A DNA stretch of 64,000 nt from Hydrogenophaga sp. (GCF_965657535.1 NZ_CBFHOP010000007.1:31444-95443); one strand, 5' to 3'; numbered from the stretch's first letter, positions 27,114 through 37,182 are shown. Made by a program: numbers and translations. Notes: generated from the letters alone by a model not told the origin.

Positions 27114-27887
27114 ATGCACCTCTGGACCCCTTTCCCCTATCCGGGCGCTTACCGCTTCGATACCGCGAGCCTGCCCGACCACTGGGCACGCCTGCACCGC
27201 GGCGACGCGGAACCCCTGCCGACCGAGCCCGACGTGCTGCAGGCCTGGGCGCTGTTTCACAACGGCGACTTCCAGCAAGCCAACGAGGCGGGCCTGGCCT
27301 TGGGCGCGGCGGGCACCACCGTGGCCAACAAGGCCACCTGCATCTACGCCAACTACCTCGAACCCCGCGAAGAAGCGCGCCTGCTGTTGCTGAAAACCGC
27401 AGCCAGCCGGGCAGAGGCCCAGCAACAGCAGGCCCCCGCACTGGCCGGCGCCTGGTATTGGCAGGCCTATGCACTGGGCCGCTACAGCCAGGGCATCAGC
27501 GTGGCCAAGGCATTGGCACAAGGGCTGGGCGTGCGCGTCAAGACCGCGCTCGAAACCACCTTGCAGCTGGCGCCCCACCACGCAGACGGCCATCTGGCGC
27601 TGGCCACGTTCCATGCCGAGGTGATCGACAAGGTGGGCAGTCTCATTGGCAGCATGACCTACGGCGCGCGAAAAGACACCGGGCTGGCCCTTTACCAGCA
27701 GGCCATGGCGCTCAACCCGGACGCACCCACCACGCTGGGCGAATACGCCAACGGGCTGCTGATGTTGGAAGGTGAGAGTGCGGCCCCGCAGGCGCTGAGC
27801 CTGCAAGAACGCTGCGCCGCCTTTGAGCCGCTGGATGCGATGGAGCGGCTGTATGTGGAAGCCGCGCGCCAGGCGCTGCAAACGTAG
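27114..27887 (+). CDS. Conserved hypothetical protein (helical, TPR-like)
   Basis: Coherent 257-aa ORF with good coding bias. No motif recognised. Confidence 0.55.
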   Translation: MHLWTPFPYPGAYRFDTASLPDHWARLHRGDAEPLPTEPDVLQAWALFHNGDFQQANEAGLALGAAGTTVANKATCIYANYLEPREEARLLLLKTAASRAEAQQQQAPALAGAWYWQAYALGRYSQGISVAKALAQGLGVRVKTALETTLQLAPHHADGHLALATFHAEVIDKVGSLIGSMTYGARKDTGLALYQQAMALNPDAPTTLGEYANGLLMLEGESAAPQALSLQERCAAFEPLDAMERLYVEAARQALQT

Positions 27888-27903
27888 CGCGGTGTTTCGC
27901 TGG

Positions 27904-29004
27904 TCAGGGCGCGCTCAAGCCATCCACCGCCTGAAACAGCGCCTGCCGGGCCTGCGCCACCACCTGCGCACGCCAGGTGTCGGTGTTCACATAAAACGTG
28001 TCCAGCATGCGCTGCTTGATGGCCTGATGCAGCGCCGCCGGCGCATCCGGGTGCTGGTGCAACCAGTGGTCGCCACGCAGGGCGTTGATCACCTCATCGA
28101 TTGGCAAGGTCCCATATTCCAGAGCCATGCCGGTGTACTCGGCTTGCGGGCATTCTTCGTAGGCAGCACCCCACATGAGCCCGGTCAGGCGCGCCGAGGT
28201 GGAGCTGCCGTCGTAGATGGAGGTGACCGGCGTCTGGCCGCGGCCGTCCCACCAGCGGCGTGCACGCGCCAGTGCAGCGGGGTCGTCGCGGCAGGCACAA
28301 ATGCGCTCGCCCACCCCGCTCGGGCCAAGGCCGGTGTGCAAGTCGATCCAGGCCAACCGGCGGGCCTTTTGCGCCTGGCTTCGCAGCACCTGGCGCAGGG
28401 TCAGGTTGCTCCAGGTGGGCGCAGTGCCGCCGAAAAACAGGCCGTCGGCAAACGCATGCTGCCCCTGCGACACCGCCGCCTGGTAACGCAACAGGCCGTG
28501 GGTGGCCACGTAGGCGTCAATGGCGGCCTGGTTGTCGGGCCCGGGTGGCCAATCGGCGGGCAACAGCAAGGCATGCAATTCGGCGTAGGCCGGATTCTCG
28601 GGCAGCGGCTGGCTGAAATCCTGGAAGTTGCGATTCAGGTCCACGTTTTCGTGGGTGACCCGGCGCACAAATGAAAAACCATGTGGGTTGAGCGCGTGGA
28701 TGTACAACACAGCCACCCCGGCGGCGCGGGCGTGCGCGCGCCATTCGGCGTCGTGCGCGGCAAACACCTGCACGCCGGAACCGCAATAGCCTTCAGCGCC
28801 ATGGCAGGCGCTGCTGACGATCAGCAAACGCTCCGCATCGGGCGCACCGTCCAGCGCCACATCCATGGCAAGGGTTTCGCCGTCGCGGCCGGGCAGCGGG
28901 TGGTTGTGGCTGGTGATCGACATGCCCGCAGTGGCCGCACCTTCCAGAAACTGCACCCGGGCGCGGGCGTAGGACGGCGAAAACGCGGCTTGCGGGCTGA
29001 TCAT
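27904..29004 (-). CDS. M14-family metallopeptidase-like protein (DUF2817)
   Basis: LLIVSSACHGAEGYCGSGVQ...LYIHALNPHGFSFVRRVTHENVDLNRNF is typical of DUF2817/succinylglutamate desuccinylase-like proteins. ATG 29004 overlaps the stop of the upstream gene (ATGA). Confidence 0.75.
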   Translation of the reverse strand: MISPQAAFSPSYARARVQFLEGAATAGMSITSHNHPLPGRDGETLAMDVALDGAPDAERLLIVSSACHGAEGYCGSGVQVFAAHDAEWRAHARAAGVAVLYIHALNPHGFSFVRRVTHENVDLNRNFQDFSQPLPENPAYAELHALLLPADWPPGPDNQAAIDAYVATHGLLRYQAAVSQGQHAFADGLFFGGTAPTWSNLTLRQVLRSQAQKARRLAWIDLHTGLGPSGVGERICACRDDPAALARARRWWDGRGQTPVTSIYDGSSTSARLTGLMWGAAYEECPQAEYTGMALEYGTLPIDEVINALRGDHWLHQHPDAPAALHQAIKQRMLDTFYVNTDTWRAQVVAQARQALFQAVDGLSAP

Positions 29005-30224
29005 GCGCTTGCCCCGTTGCGGGGCTGGGCCAGCCATTTTTCAGCCAGGCGCACCCAGAAAGTGGCACCCAGCGGAATCAGGTCGTCGTTGAAGTCGTAG
29101 CTCGGGTTGTGAAGCATGCAGGGGCCACCGCCGTGGCCCATCTCGCGGTGCGCGCCGTCGCCATTGGCAATGAAGGCGTAGCAGCCGGGACGCTCTTGCA
29201 GCATGTAGGCAAAGTCTTCGGCACCCATGGTAGGTTCCTGGTCCAGCACCTGCTCTGCACCCACAATCTCGGCCATCACGGCCCGCGCAAAAGCGGTTTC
29301 CACCGGGTGGTTGATGGTGGGTGGGTAGTTGCGCTTGAACTGGAATTCGCAGGTGGCGCCAAAGGCGGCGCAAGTATGCTGGGCGATCTCGCCCATACGG
29401 CGCTCGATCAGGTCCAGCACCTCGTAGGTGAAGGTGCGCACCGTGCCCTGGATCTCGCAGCTGTCGGGCACCACGTTGGTGGCCTCGCCGGTGTGGATCA
29501 TGGTGACCGAGATCACGCCCGCGTCCACCGGCTTTTTGTTGCGGGTGATGATGGTCTGAAAGGCCTGCACCATCTGGCAGGCCACCGGCACCGGGTCGAT
29601 GCCGTTGTGCGGCAGCGCGGCGTGCGCGCCCTTGCCACGTATGACGATGTGAAACTCGTTGCTCGACGCCATCACCGGCCCGGTGCTGGCTGCAAACGTG
29701 CCCACCCGCAAGCCGGGCCAGTTGTGCATGCCAAACACCGCTTCCATCGGAAACTGCTCAAACAGGCCGTCCTTGATCATCTCGCGAGCGCCACCACCGC
29801 CCTCTTCAGCGGGCTGAAAAATAAGGTACACCGTGCCGTCAAAATGGCGGTGCTTGGCAAAGTGCTGTGCCGCCGCCAGCAGCATGGCGGTGTGGCCGTC
29901 GTGGCCGCAGGCGTGCATCTTGCCTGCGTGCTGGCTGGCGTGTGCAAAGGTGTTGTGCTCCTGCATGGGCAGGGCGTCCATGTCGGCGCGTAGGCCAATG
30001 GCGCGGCCGCAGGCGCCGCCATCGCGCCCGTGCACGATGCCCACCAGGCCGGTGGTGCCCAGACCGCGGCGCACCTCAATGCCCCATTCGGCCAGCTTCT
30101 GGGCCACCACATCGGCGGTGCGCACTTCTTGAAAACAGAGTTCGGGGTGGGCGTGAATGTCACGCCGCACAGCAGCAATGCCCGCCGCCTGGGTCAGGAT
30201 GGAGTCGATCAGTTGCATAGACAC
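29001..30224 (-). CDS. M20-family amidohydrolase (hippurate hydrolase / N-acyl-amino-acid amidohydrolase-like)
   Basis: RRDIHAHPELCFQE...MHACGHDGHTAMLL...FQPAEEGGGGA...HNPSYDF are signature blocks. Confidence 0.9.
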   Translation of the reverse strand: MSMQLIDSILTQAAGIAAVRRDIHAHPELCFQEVRTADVVAQKLAEWGIEVRRGLGTTGLVGIVHGRDGGACGRAIGLRADMDALPMQEHNTFAHASQHAGKMHACGHDGHTAMLLAAAQHFAKHRHFDGTVYLIFQPAEEGGGGAREMIKDGLFEQFPMEAVFGMHNWPGLRVGTFAASTGPVMASSNEFHIVIRGKGAHAALPHNGIDPVPVACQMVQAFQTIITRNKKPVDAGVISVTMIHTGEATNVVPDSCEIQGTVRTFTYEVLDLIERRMGEIAQHTCAAFGATCEFQFKRNYPPTINHPVETAFARAVMAEIVGAEQVLDQEPTMGAEDFAYMLQERPGCYAFIANGDGAHREMGHGGGPCMLHNPSYDFNDDLIPLGATFWVRLAEKWLAQPRNGASA

Positions 30225-30341
30225 CTCTCAATGCCGCAGACCGGCACCAGGTTGAAAAAACAATCATGGTACCGAAGACCCGGCAGATACCTGCGCCCCG
30301 CGGGCGACACCCCCAACAGCAGCCGGGTGGCTGCATGAGGC

Positions 30342-31493
30342 TCAGCGGCGGATGCGGCCGTCCTCGGTCAGCAAGGTCAGCTCCACAAACTTGGAGCCGG
30401 TGTGCTTATTGGGGCCGAAGTCCACCGGAAAGCCGCCCAGGTTGACGTTTTGCATGCCCTGAATGGCGGCAATGAAAGCCTCGCGCGTGAGCGCGCGCCC
30501 GGCCCGCTTCACCGCTTCCGCAAACACCTTGGCCGCCACGAAACCTTCCATGCCCGAATAGTTGGGCACCACACCGCGCTTGTCTTTCAAAGCGGCCAGG
30601 TAGTCACCCGACAAACGGGTCACGGGGGCGTAGGGAAAGGGCATCACCTGGCTCACGACCACGCCACGGGCCTCGGCACCCAGCTCGTCCATGAGCGCCT
30701 GCGTACCCACGAAGGACACGTTGTAAAAATTGCCGATGAAGCCTTGCCGGCGCGCAAGCCGGATGAAGGTGGCGCAGGCCTTGTAGGCGCCAATCTGCAC
30801 AATCGCCTCGGGCTTCACCGCCATGATGGTTTTGAGCGCCTGCTCCACGTCGGAGGTGTTGCGCTCCACCGTGCCCAGGGCAGCGGGCTCCAGACCAACG
30901 CCTTTCAAGGCCCGGGCCACGCCCTCCAGACCCGTCTTGCCGTACGCGTCGTTTTGGTAGAAAACCGCCATTTTTTTGATGCCCACCGCCGTCACCTGGC
31001 GCACGATGGCCGCTGTCTCATCGAAATACGATGCCCGCACATGAATGGCGTAGCGGTTGAAGGGCTCACGCAAGGCCTCTGCGCCCGTGAAGGGTGCAAA
31101 AAAGGGCACCTTGGCCGCCGTTGCCAGTGGCAGCGCTGCCAGGCTGGTGGGTGTGCCGATGTAGCCAAACAGGGCAAACACATCGCCGCTGATGAGTTGT
31201 CTCGTGTTGGCCGCGCAGCGCTCGGGCTCGTAACCATCGTCCAGCCGCCTGATCTCGATGCGGCGGCCGTTCACGCCGCCCTTGGCGTTCAGATCTTCAA
31301 AATACAACTGTGCGCCCAGGTGAAATTGCAAGCCCAGCTGCGTGGCCGAGCCGCTGAACGGCGCCGACTGGCCCAGCACAATGCGTGTGTCGCTCACCCC
31401 GGCACCTTGAGCCTGCGCGGTGCTGCTCCAAGCCCCAATGGCCGCAGCGCCCAGAAGCGTGCTCGCGTTTGAAATGACCTCACGACGTCGCAT
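30342..31493 (-). CDS. ABC transporter substrate-binding protein (LivK/branched-chain amino acid type, family 1 PBP)
   Basis: Tat/Sec-like N-terminus (MRRREVISNASTLLGAAAIGAWS), then VLGQSAPFSGSATQLG...GGVNGRRIE..DDGY, typical of Leu/Ile/Val-binding family proteins. Confidence 0.85.
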   Translation of the reverse strand: MRRREVISNASTLLGAAAIGAWSSTAQAQGAGVSDTRIVLGQSAPFSGSATQLGLQFHLGAQLYFEDLNAKGGVNGRRIEIRRLDDGYEPERCAANTRQLISGDVFALFGYIGTPTSLAALPLATAAKVPFFAPFTGAEALREPFNRYAIHVRASYFDETAAIVRQVTAVGIKKMAVFYQNDAYGKTGLEGVARALKGVGLEPAALGTVERNTSDVEQALKTIMAVKPEAIVQIGAYKACATFIRLARRQGFIGNFYNVSFVGTQALMDELGAEARGVVVSQVMPFPYAPVTRLSGDYLAALKDKRGVVPNYSGMEGFVAAKVFAEAVKRAGRALTREAFIAAIQGMQNVNLGGFPVDFGPNKHTGSKFVELTLLTEDGRIRR

Positions 31494-31592
31494 ACGGTAT
31501 CTCCTGATATGCTGTTTTTCTTTGTCCGATTGCTGCGCGGCAGACCCCGGTATGAATACTTATGTACCCTACAACAACCACCGGTTTTGACC

Positions 31593-33677
31593 ATGTCTGA
31601 ACCGACCTCCGGCACCCATCAGCCGACGAGCCCGGTGAGCGGTACCGTGCGCGGCGCCTGCCCGCACGACTGTCCAGACACCTGCGCGCTCATCACCACC
31701 GTTGAAAACGGCGTGGCCATACGCGTTCAGGGCAACCCGGCGCACCGCCACACCGATGGCGCGCTGTGCACCAAAGTATCCAGGTACACCGAGCGGAGCT
31801 ACCACCCAGAGCGCCTGCTGCAACCGCTCAAGCGGGTGGGGCCCAAAGGCAGCGGGCGCTTTGAGCCCGTGGCCTGGGACACTGCGCTGGACGACATCGC
31901 TGCCCGCCTGAAAGCCATTGCAGCGCGCGACCCGCAGGCCATCCAGCCCTACAGCTACGCGGGCACCATGGGCCTGGTGCAGGGCGAAGGCATGACTGCG
32001 CGCTTTTTCAACCGCCTGGGGGCTGCGCACCTGGAACGCACCATTTGCGCATCGGCCGGAGCCGAGGGCCTGATGAACACCCTGGGTGGCAAGGTAGGCA
32101 TGAAGGTGGAGCACTTCGCCGAGTCCAAGCTCATCGTCATCTGGGGTAGCAACTCCATAGCCAGCAACCTGCATTTCTGGCGGCTGGCGCAGCAAGCCAA
32201 GCGCGACGGCGCGCGGCTGGTGTGCATTGACCCACGGCGCAGCGAAACGGCCGAGAAGTGCCACGAACACATTGCGCTGCGTCCCGGCACCGACGCCGCT
32301 CTGGCGCTGGCGCTGATGCACGAACTGATACAGCACGACTGGCTGGACCACGACTACATTGCGCAGTACACCGAGGGCTGGGAAGGTCTGCGCGAGCGTG
32401 CTTTGCAATGGCCCCCTGAGCGCGCGGCCGCCGTGTGCGGTGTGCCGGTGCAGCAAATCACCGACCTGGCGCGCGCCTACGGCACCACAAAACCGGCGGC
32501 CATTCGCCTCAACTACGGCATGCAGCGCGTGCGCGGCGGTGGCAACGCGGTGCGCGCCGTGGCCTGTCTGCCAGCGCTGGTGGGCGCCTGGCGCCACCGG
32601 GCGGGTGGTTTGCTGCTGTCGGCATCGGGGCATTTTCCGGTGCAGCGGGCGGCGCTGCACCGGCCTGATTTGCTGGCTGGCCGCACACCGCGAACCATCA
32701 ACATGGTGACCATTGGCAACGACCTGCTGCGCGAAGCGTCGCCCGATTTCGGCCCGCGCATCGAGGCGCTGATCGTCTACAACAGCAACCCGGTAGCGGT
32801 AGCGCCCGAGTCGGGCAAGGTGGTGCAAGGCTTCGCTCGCGACGACCTGTTCACCGTGGTGCTGGAACATTTTCAGACCGATACGGCCGATTACGCCGAC
32901 TACATCTTGCCGGCCACCACCCAGCTGGAGCACTGGGACATCCACGCCAGCTACGGCCACACCGACGTGTTGCTCAACCGCCCTGCCATCGCCCCACTGG
33001 GCCAGGCGCGCACCAACACCGACATCTTTCGCGCGCTGGCTACGCGCATGGGTTTTGACGACCCGTGCTTTGCGGACGATGACCTGCAGTTGTGCCGCAC
33101 CGCCTTTGGCGACGCGGTGAGCTTTGAGACGCTGTTGGAACACGGTTACGCCACGCTGCCCCTGCCCGACGCACCGTTTGCCCATGGCGGCTTTCCCACT
33201 CCCTCGGGTCGCTGCACTTTTTTCAGCCCCAGGCTGGCCGCTCAGGGCCAAGACGGTCTGCCCGACCACCTGCCCAACTTTGAAACCGCAGGCAGCAGCC
33301 CCCGCTTTCCATTGGCCATGATCTCGCCCCCGGCGCGTAACTTCCTGAACTCGACCTTTGTCAACGTGAAAAGCTTGCGCGACATGGAGGGCGAGCCGCT
33401 GCTGGAGATGCACGCCGACGACGCACTGGCGCGCGGCATCCAGACCGGGCACCTGGTGCGCGTGTTCAACGACCGCGGTGAATACCGATGCAAGGTCAAG
33501 GTGAGCGCGCGCGCCCGCCCGGGCGTGGTCAACGGGCTGGGCGTGTGGTGGCGCAAGCTGGGGCCGTCTGGCACCAACGTGAACGAACTCACCAGCCAGA
33601 AGCTGACCGACATGGGCAACGGCCCGGTGTTTTACGACTGCCTGGTTGAAGTGGCCGGGCTGCCCGAAAGCACCTGA
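31593..33677 (+). CDS. Cytoplasmic molybdopterin-dependent oxidoreductase (MopB superfamily, BisC/YdeP-like)
   Basis: N-terminal 4Fe-4S motif CPHDCPDTCAL...C, MopB core blocks (VIWGSNSIASNLHFW, YNSNPVAV) and a C-terminal MopB_CT beta-barrel (VRVFNDRGEYRCKVKVS). No Tat signal. Start at ATG 31593. Confidence 0.85.
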   Translation: MSEPTSGTHQPTSPVSGTVRGACPHDCPDTCALITTVENGVAIRVQGNPAHRHTDGALCTKVSRYTERSYHPERLLQPLKRVGPKGSGRFEPVAWDTALDDIAARLKAIAARDPQAIQPYSYAGTMGLVQGEGMTARFFNRLGAAHLERTICASAGAEGLMNTLGGKVGMKVEHFAESKLIVIWGSNSIASNLHFWRLAQQAKRDGARLVCIDPRRSETAEKCHEHIALRPGTDAALALALMHELIQHDWLDHDYIAQYTEGWEGLRERALQWPPERAAAVCGVPVQQITDLARAYGTTKPAAIRLNYGMQRVRGGGNAVRAVACLPALVGAWRHRAGGLLLSASGHFPVQRAALHRPDLLAGRTPRTINMVTIGNDLLREASPDFGPRIEALIVYNSNPVAVAPESGKVVQGFARDDLFTVVLEHFQTDTADYADYILPATTQLEHWDIHASYGHTDVLLNRPAIAPLGQARTNTDIFRALATRMGFDDPCFADDDLQLCRTAFGDAVSFETLLEHGYATLPLPDAPFAHGGFPTPSGRCTFFSPRLAAQGQDGLPDHLPNFETAGSSPRFPLAMISPPARNFLNSTFVNVKSLRDMEGEPLLEMHADDALARGIQTGHLVRVFNDRGEYRCKVKVSARARPGVVNGLGVWWRKLGPSGTNVNELTSQKLTDMGNGPVFYDCLVEVAGLPEST

Positions 33678-34765
33678 TGCGCCTGCGCACCGCCGCCCTG
33701 GTACTTGCGTTCAGCCTGACGGGCTGCGCCAGCCCCGAACTGGGTGTGGGCTACTACTGGCAATCGGTGACCGGGCATCTGAGCCTGATGCAGGCCGCCC
33801 GGCCGGTGCAAGACTGGATCGACGACGCGCAAACCCCCGACACCCTGAAAGAGCGCCTGCAAAGGGCCCAGCGCATGCGTGCTTTTGCAGTGAACGCGTT
33901 AGGCCTGCCCGACAACGCCAGCTACCACCGCTATGCCGACCTGCAGCGCCGCGCGGCGGTGTACAACGTGGTCGCAGCCCCGGCACTGTCGCTGACGCTG
34001 CAAACCTGGTGTTTTCCCGTGGCGGGATGCGTGGGCTACAAGGGCTATTTCAGCGAGGCCGACGCACAGGCTTTTGCACGCAGCCTGCCCGACACACTGG
34101 AGGTGACGGTGTACCCGGTACCCGCCTATTCCACGCTGGGCTGGATGAACTGGGCCGGAGGCGACCCGCTGCTCAACACCTTCATCGGCTCCCCCGAAGG
34201 GGAGCTGGCGCGCCTGCTGTTCCACGAACTGGCACACCAGGTGGTGTACGCCAAGAACGACACCGTGTTCAACGAGTCGTTTGCCACGGCGGTAGAGCGT
34301 CTGGGCGGCGCTCGCTGGCTGGCCCAAGAGGCCAGCGAAAACGCCCGCGAAACCTACCGGGTATTTGACGAACGGCGGCAACAGTTTCGCGCCCTCACGC
34401 GGGTGGTGCGCGGGCAACTGCAGGGCATTTACAGCAACAGCCAATGGGATGACGCAGAAAAGCTGCGCCGCAAAGCCGAGGTGATGACCGCTTTCCGGCG
34501 CGACTACGCAGCGATCAAAACCCGCTGGGGCGGCTACGCGGGTTACGACGCCTGGGTGGCGCGGGCCAACAACGCCAGCTTTGGCGCCCAGGCGGCTTAC
34601 GACGAACTGGTCCCAGCGTTCACCGCGCTGTTTGAACGCGAGGGCCAGGAATTCAACCGGTTCTATGATGCGGTAAACGCCTTGGCGGCACAGCCCAAAG
34701 CGGCGCGGCATGCGGCCTTGGGGCGGTTGAGTCCCGTCACCATCACGCAATCAGTTCGCCCCTGA
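33677..34765 (+). CDS. Predicted zinc aminopeptidase lipoprotein (COG4324-like)
   Basis: Lipobox LAFSLTGC, and HELAHQ (HExxH) in a conserved context. The start overlaps the upstream stop (TGATG). Confidence 0.75.
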   Translation: MRLRTAALVLAFSLTGCASPELGVGYYWQSVTGHLSLMQAARPVQDWIDDAQTPDTLKERLQRAQRMRAFAVNALGLPDNASYHRYADLQRRAAVYNVVAAPALSLTLQTWCFPVAGCVGYKGYFSEADAQAFARSLPDTLEVTVYPVPAYSTLGWMNWAGGDPLLNTFIGSPEGELARLLFHELAHQVVYAKNDTVFNESFATAVERLGGARWLAQEASENARETYRVFDERRQQFRALTRVVRGQLQGIYSNSQWDDAEKLRRKAEVMTAFRRDYAAIKTRWGGYAGYDAWVARANNASFGAQAAYDELVPAFTALFEREGQEFNRFYDAVNALAAQPKAARHAALGRLSPVTITQSVRP

Positions 34766-34788
34766 ACCCCAGCTCAACGGAACCCGAC

Positions 34789-35106
34789 ATGGCAGACATT
34801 CACATTCGACGCGACCACCACCTGGGCCTGAGCGGCGCGCGCAAGGTCGCTTGGCAATGGGCCGAACAGGCCGAAGCCGACTTCGACATGAGCTGCACCT
34901 ACGAAGAGGGTGACGCTGTAGACGAGGTTCAGTTTGCCCGCACTGGCGTCCATGGCACGCTGCGGGTATCAGCCGACCACTTTGAACTGGACGCCAAGCT
35001 GGGCTTTCTGCTGGGCGCGTTCAAAGAGCGCATTGAAGGTGAGATTGTGAAAAACCTCGACCAGTTGCTGGCGGCCAAAAAGCCCGCCGTGCGCAAAAAA
35101 AAATAG
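34789..35106 (+). CDS. Putative polyhydroxyalkanoic acid system protein (PHA_gran_rgn family)
   Basis: 105 aa. MADIHIRRDHHLGLSGARKVAWQWAEQAEADFDMSCTYEEG...GTLRVSADHFELDAKLGFLLGAFKERIEGEI matches my memory of this small family. Confidence 0.7.
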   Translation: MADIHIRRDHHLGLSGARKVAWQWAEQAEADFDMSCTYEEGDAVDEVQFARTGVHGTLRVSADHFELDAKLGFLLGAFKERIEGEIVKNLDQLLAAKKPAVRKKK

Positions 35107-35121
35107 CCCCACAACGGGGCT
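35095..35121 (-). terminator. Rho-independent terminator for the ACBP gene (shared convergent hairpin)
   Basis: AGCCCC-ACAAC-GGGGCT hairpin. On the minus strand it is followed by a T9 run. It overlaps the stop of the + strand gene. Confidence 0.6.
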
Positions 35122-35150
35122 GTTGAACGCAGAAGCTGGCGCGTGGCCGT

Positions 35151-35405
35151 TCAGCTCAACGATTCGATCAGGTCCACGTACTGCTGCATCGCCGCCTCGC
35201 TGGCGGTGCCTTTCAGGCTGTTCCAGGCGTCCCATTTCGCGCGGCCCACCATGTCGCTGAAGCCGGGTTTTTTCTCGGCGTTGTCGCCGGTGCTCGCTTG
35301 CTTGTAGAGCGCGTAGAGCTTCAGCAGCGTGGCGTTGTCCGGGCGCTCGGTCAGGTTCTTGGAGTTGGCGACGGCGGCATCGAAACGGGTTTGAAGGTCG
35401 GACAT
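35151..35405 (-). CDS. Acyl-CoA-binding protein (ACBP)
   Basis: F..A......L...P....LL.LYALYKQA..GD......PG......KWDAW....G is the canonical ACBP signature over the full 84 aa. Confidence 0.9.
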   Translation of the reverse strand: MSDLQTRFDAAVANSKNLTERPDNATLLKLYALYKQASTGDNAEKKPGFSDMVGRAKWDAWNSLKGTASEAAMQQYVDLIESLS

Positions 35406-35727
35406 GCGGTTTCTCCAGATAGTTAAAAGGGCGTCGGGCAGGTGAACAAAAAACGCTCAACGCATCAGGGCCAGCCCGGTATCTTACGGGCAGCCTTGTC
35501 GGCAAAATAGACGCCAACACCCACAACCCGCCGCGCTCCGGCCCACCGTCCGGTGGCGCCGCGCAGGGCTGGCAGCAGGAGATGACATGGTTCAGCGCGT
35601 TGCCCCAGCAGCCAAAGCCCAGGCCCCATCGGGTCGCCTGGCCACACCGAGCGCAAAACCCGGCGCGCCTGCGCTACCCGGTGCCATGCAAGCGCTGGCT
35701 GCCACCCTGGGGCTGGAAGGCGAGCGC

Positions 35728-37167
35728 ATGAGCAAGGTCGACACCGCCTGGCTGCGCATGGACTCGCCATCCAACCTGATGATGATCGTGGGGGTGTGGA
35801 TTCTGCGGCCCGGCATCGACCACGCGGCCTTGAGCGAGCGGGTGCGCGAACGCATGCTGCCTTACCGCCGCTTTGTGCAAATCGCGCGCCAGGACGCCGC
35901 CGGCGCGCACTGGCTGAACGACCCCGCCTTCCAGCTCAGCCGCCATGTGGTGAGCCACACGCTGACACGCCAACGCGACCAAAGCGAGCAAGACGCCCTG
36001 CAAGCGCGGGTGGCCGAACTCGCCATGCAGCCGCTGGACCACAACCACCCGCTGTGGCGGTTTGAGCTGGTTGAGCAGTACGGCGGCGGCTCGGCTTTGA
36101 TCGCGCGCATTCACCACTGCATTGCAGATGGCATCGCGCTCATCAGCGTCATGATGAGCCTGGTGGACGGCGGCGCCCTGCCCCCGCAACGCAAGAAAAA
36201 ACAGCCCAGCCGCACGGGGCTGGAAGGCGCCGAAGGCTGGGTAGCCGACACCCTGATTCGCCCACTGGGCGACCTGACCGCCCGGGCACTGGAAGTGGCC
36301 GGTGGTGGCGCGGCCAAATCGCTTTCGCTGCTGGCCGCGCCGCAGCAAGGCCTGAGTGACACGCTGGCCCAGGCCATGGACCTGGCCCGCATGGGCGGCC
36401 AGCTCGCCAGCGATCTGGCTGCACTGGCGCTGATGCCCGACGACTCGCCGACCCGGCTCAAGGGTCAGCCCGGCCAACATAAGCGGGTGGCCTGGTGCGA
36501 GCCGATCCCGCTGGACGAGGTGAAAGCCATCGGCAAGGCGTTGAACTGCTCGGTCAACGACGTGCTGCTGAGCTGTGTGGCCGGCGCACTTGGCAACTAC
36601 TTGCGGGCCATGGGCGACGACCCCGCCGGGCAAGAAATTCGCGCCATGGTGCCGATCAACCTGCGCCCTATGGAAGATGCCTGGAAGCTGGGCAACCGGT
36701 TTGGGCTGGTGCCGCTGGTGCTGCCCATTGGCACCGACAACCCGGTCGAGCGGGTGTTTGCTGTGCGCTCGCGCATGAACAGCCTCAAGGGCAGCCTGCA
36801 ACCCCTGCTGACGTTTGGTTTGCTGTCGGTGGCAGGGCTGCTGGTGAAGCCCGCACAAGACGCGCTGCTGAGCCTGTTCGGCCGCAAGACCACGGCCGTG
36901 ATGACCAACGTGCCCGGGCCGGTGGGCAAAATGAAACTGTGTGGCTCCACGCTGGAGCAAACCATGTTCTGGGTGCCGCAAACGGGCACGGTAGGCCTGG
37001 GCGTGTCCATCCTGAGCTACGGCGGCGGTGTGCAGTTTGGCGTCATTGCCGACAGCACGCTGTGCCCCGAGCCCCAACGCATCATTGACCAGTTTCACCC
37101 AGAATTTGCCCGGCTGCTCACCCTGACGCTGATGCTGCCCTGGGGCGAGGCGGCCGAGCCGGGCTGA
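35728..37167 (+). CDS. Wax ester synthase/acyl-CoA:diacylglycerol acyltransferase (WS/DGAT family)
   Basis: Catalytic HHxxxDG motif HHCIADG at nt 36112-36132. N-terminal VDTAWLRMDSPSNLMMI, C-terminal TNVPGP and WVPQ...LGVSILSY blocks. Start at ATG 35728 with GGAAGG upstream; the 35587 ORF start is low-complexity. Confidence 0.85.
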   Translation: MSKVDTAWLRMDSPSNLMMIVGVWILRPGIDHAALSERVRERMLPYRRFVQIARQDAAGAHWLNDPAFQLSRHVVSHTLTRQRDQSEQDALQARVAELAMQPLDHNHPLWRFELVEQYGGGSALIARIHHCIADGIALISVMMSLVDGGALPPQRKKKQPSRTGLEGAEGWVADTLIRPLGDLTARALEVAGGGAAKSLSLLAAPQQGLSDTLAQAMDLARMGGQLASDLAALALMPDDSPTRLKGQPGQHKRVAWCEPIPLDEVKAIGKALNCSVNDVLLSCVAGALGNYLRAMGDDPAGQEIRAMVPINLRPMEDAWKLGNRFGLVPLVLPIGTDNPVERVFAVRSRMNSLKGSLQPLLTFGLLSVAGLLVKPAQDALLSLFGRKTTAVMTNVPGPVGKMKLCGSTLEQTMFWVPQTGTVGLGVSILSYGGGVQFGVIADSTLCPEPQRIIDQFHPEFARLLTLTLMLPWGEAAEPG

Positions 37168-37182
37168 CGCGCTTGAGGCGTT

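Noticed and set aside
31569-33452. 627-aa minus-strand ORF
   Set aside because: It is antisense to the molybdopterin oxidoreductase gene and has shadow-ORF composition.
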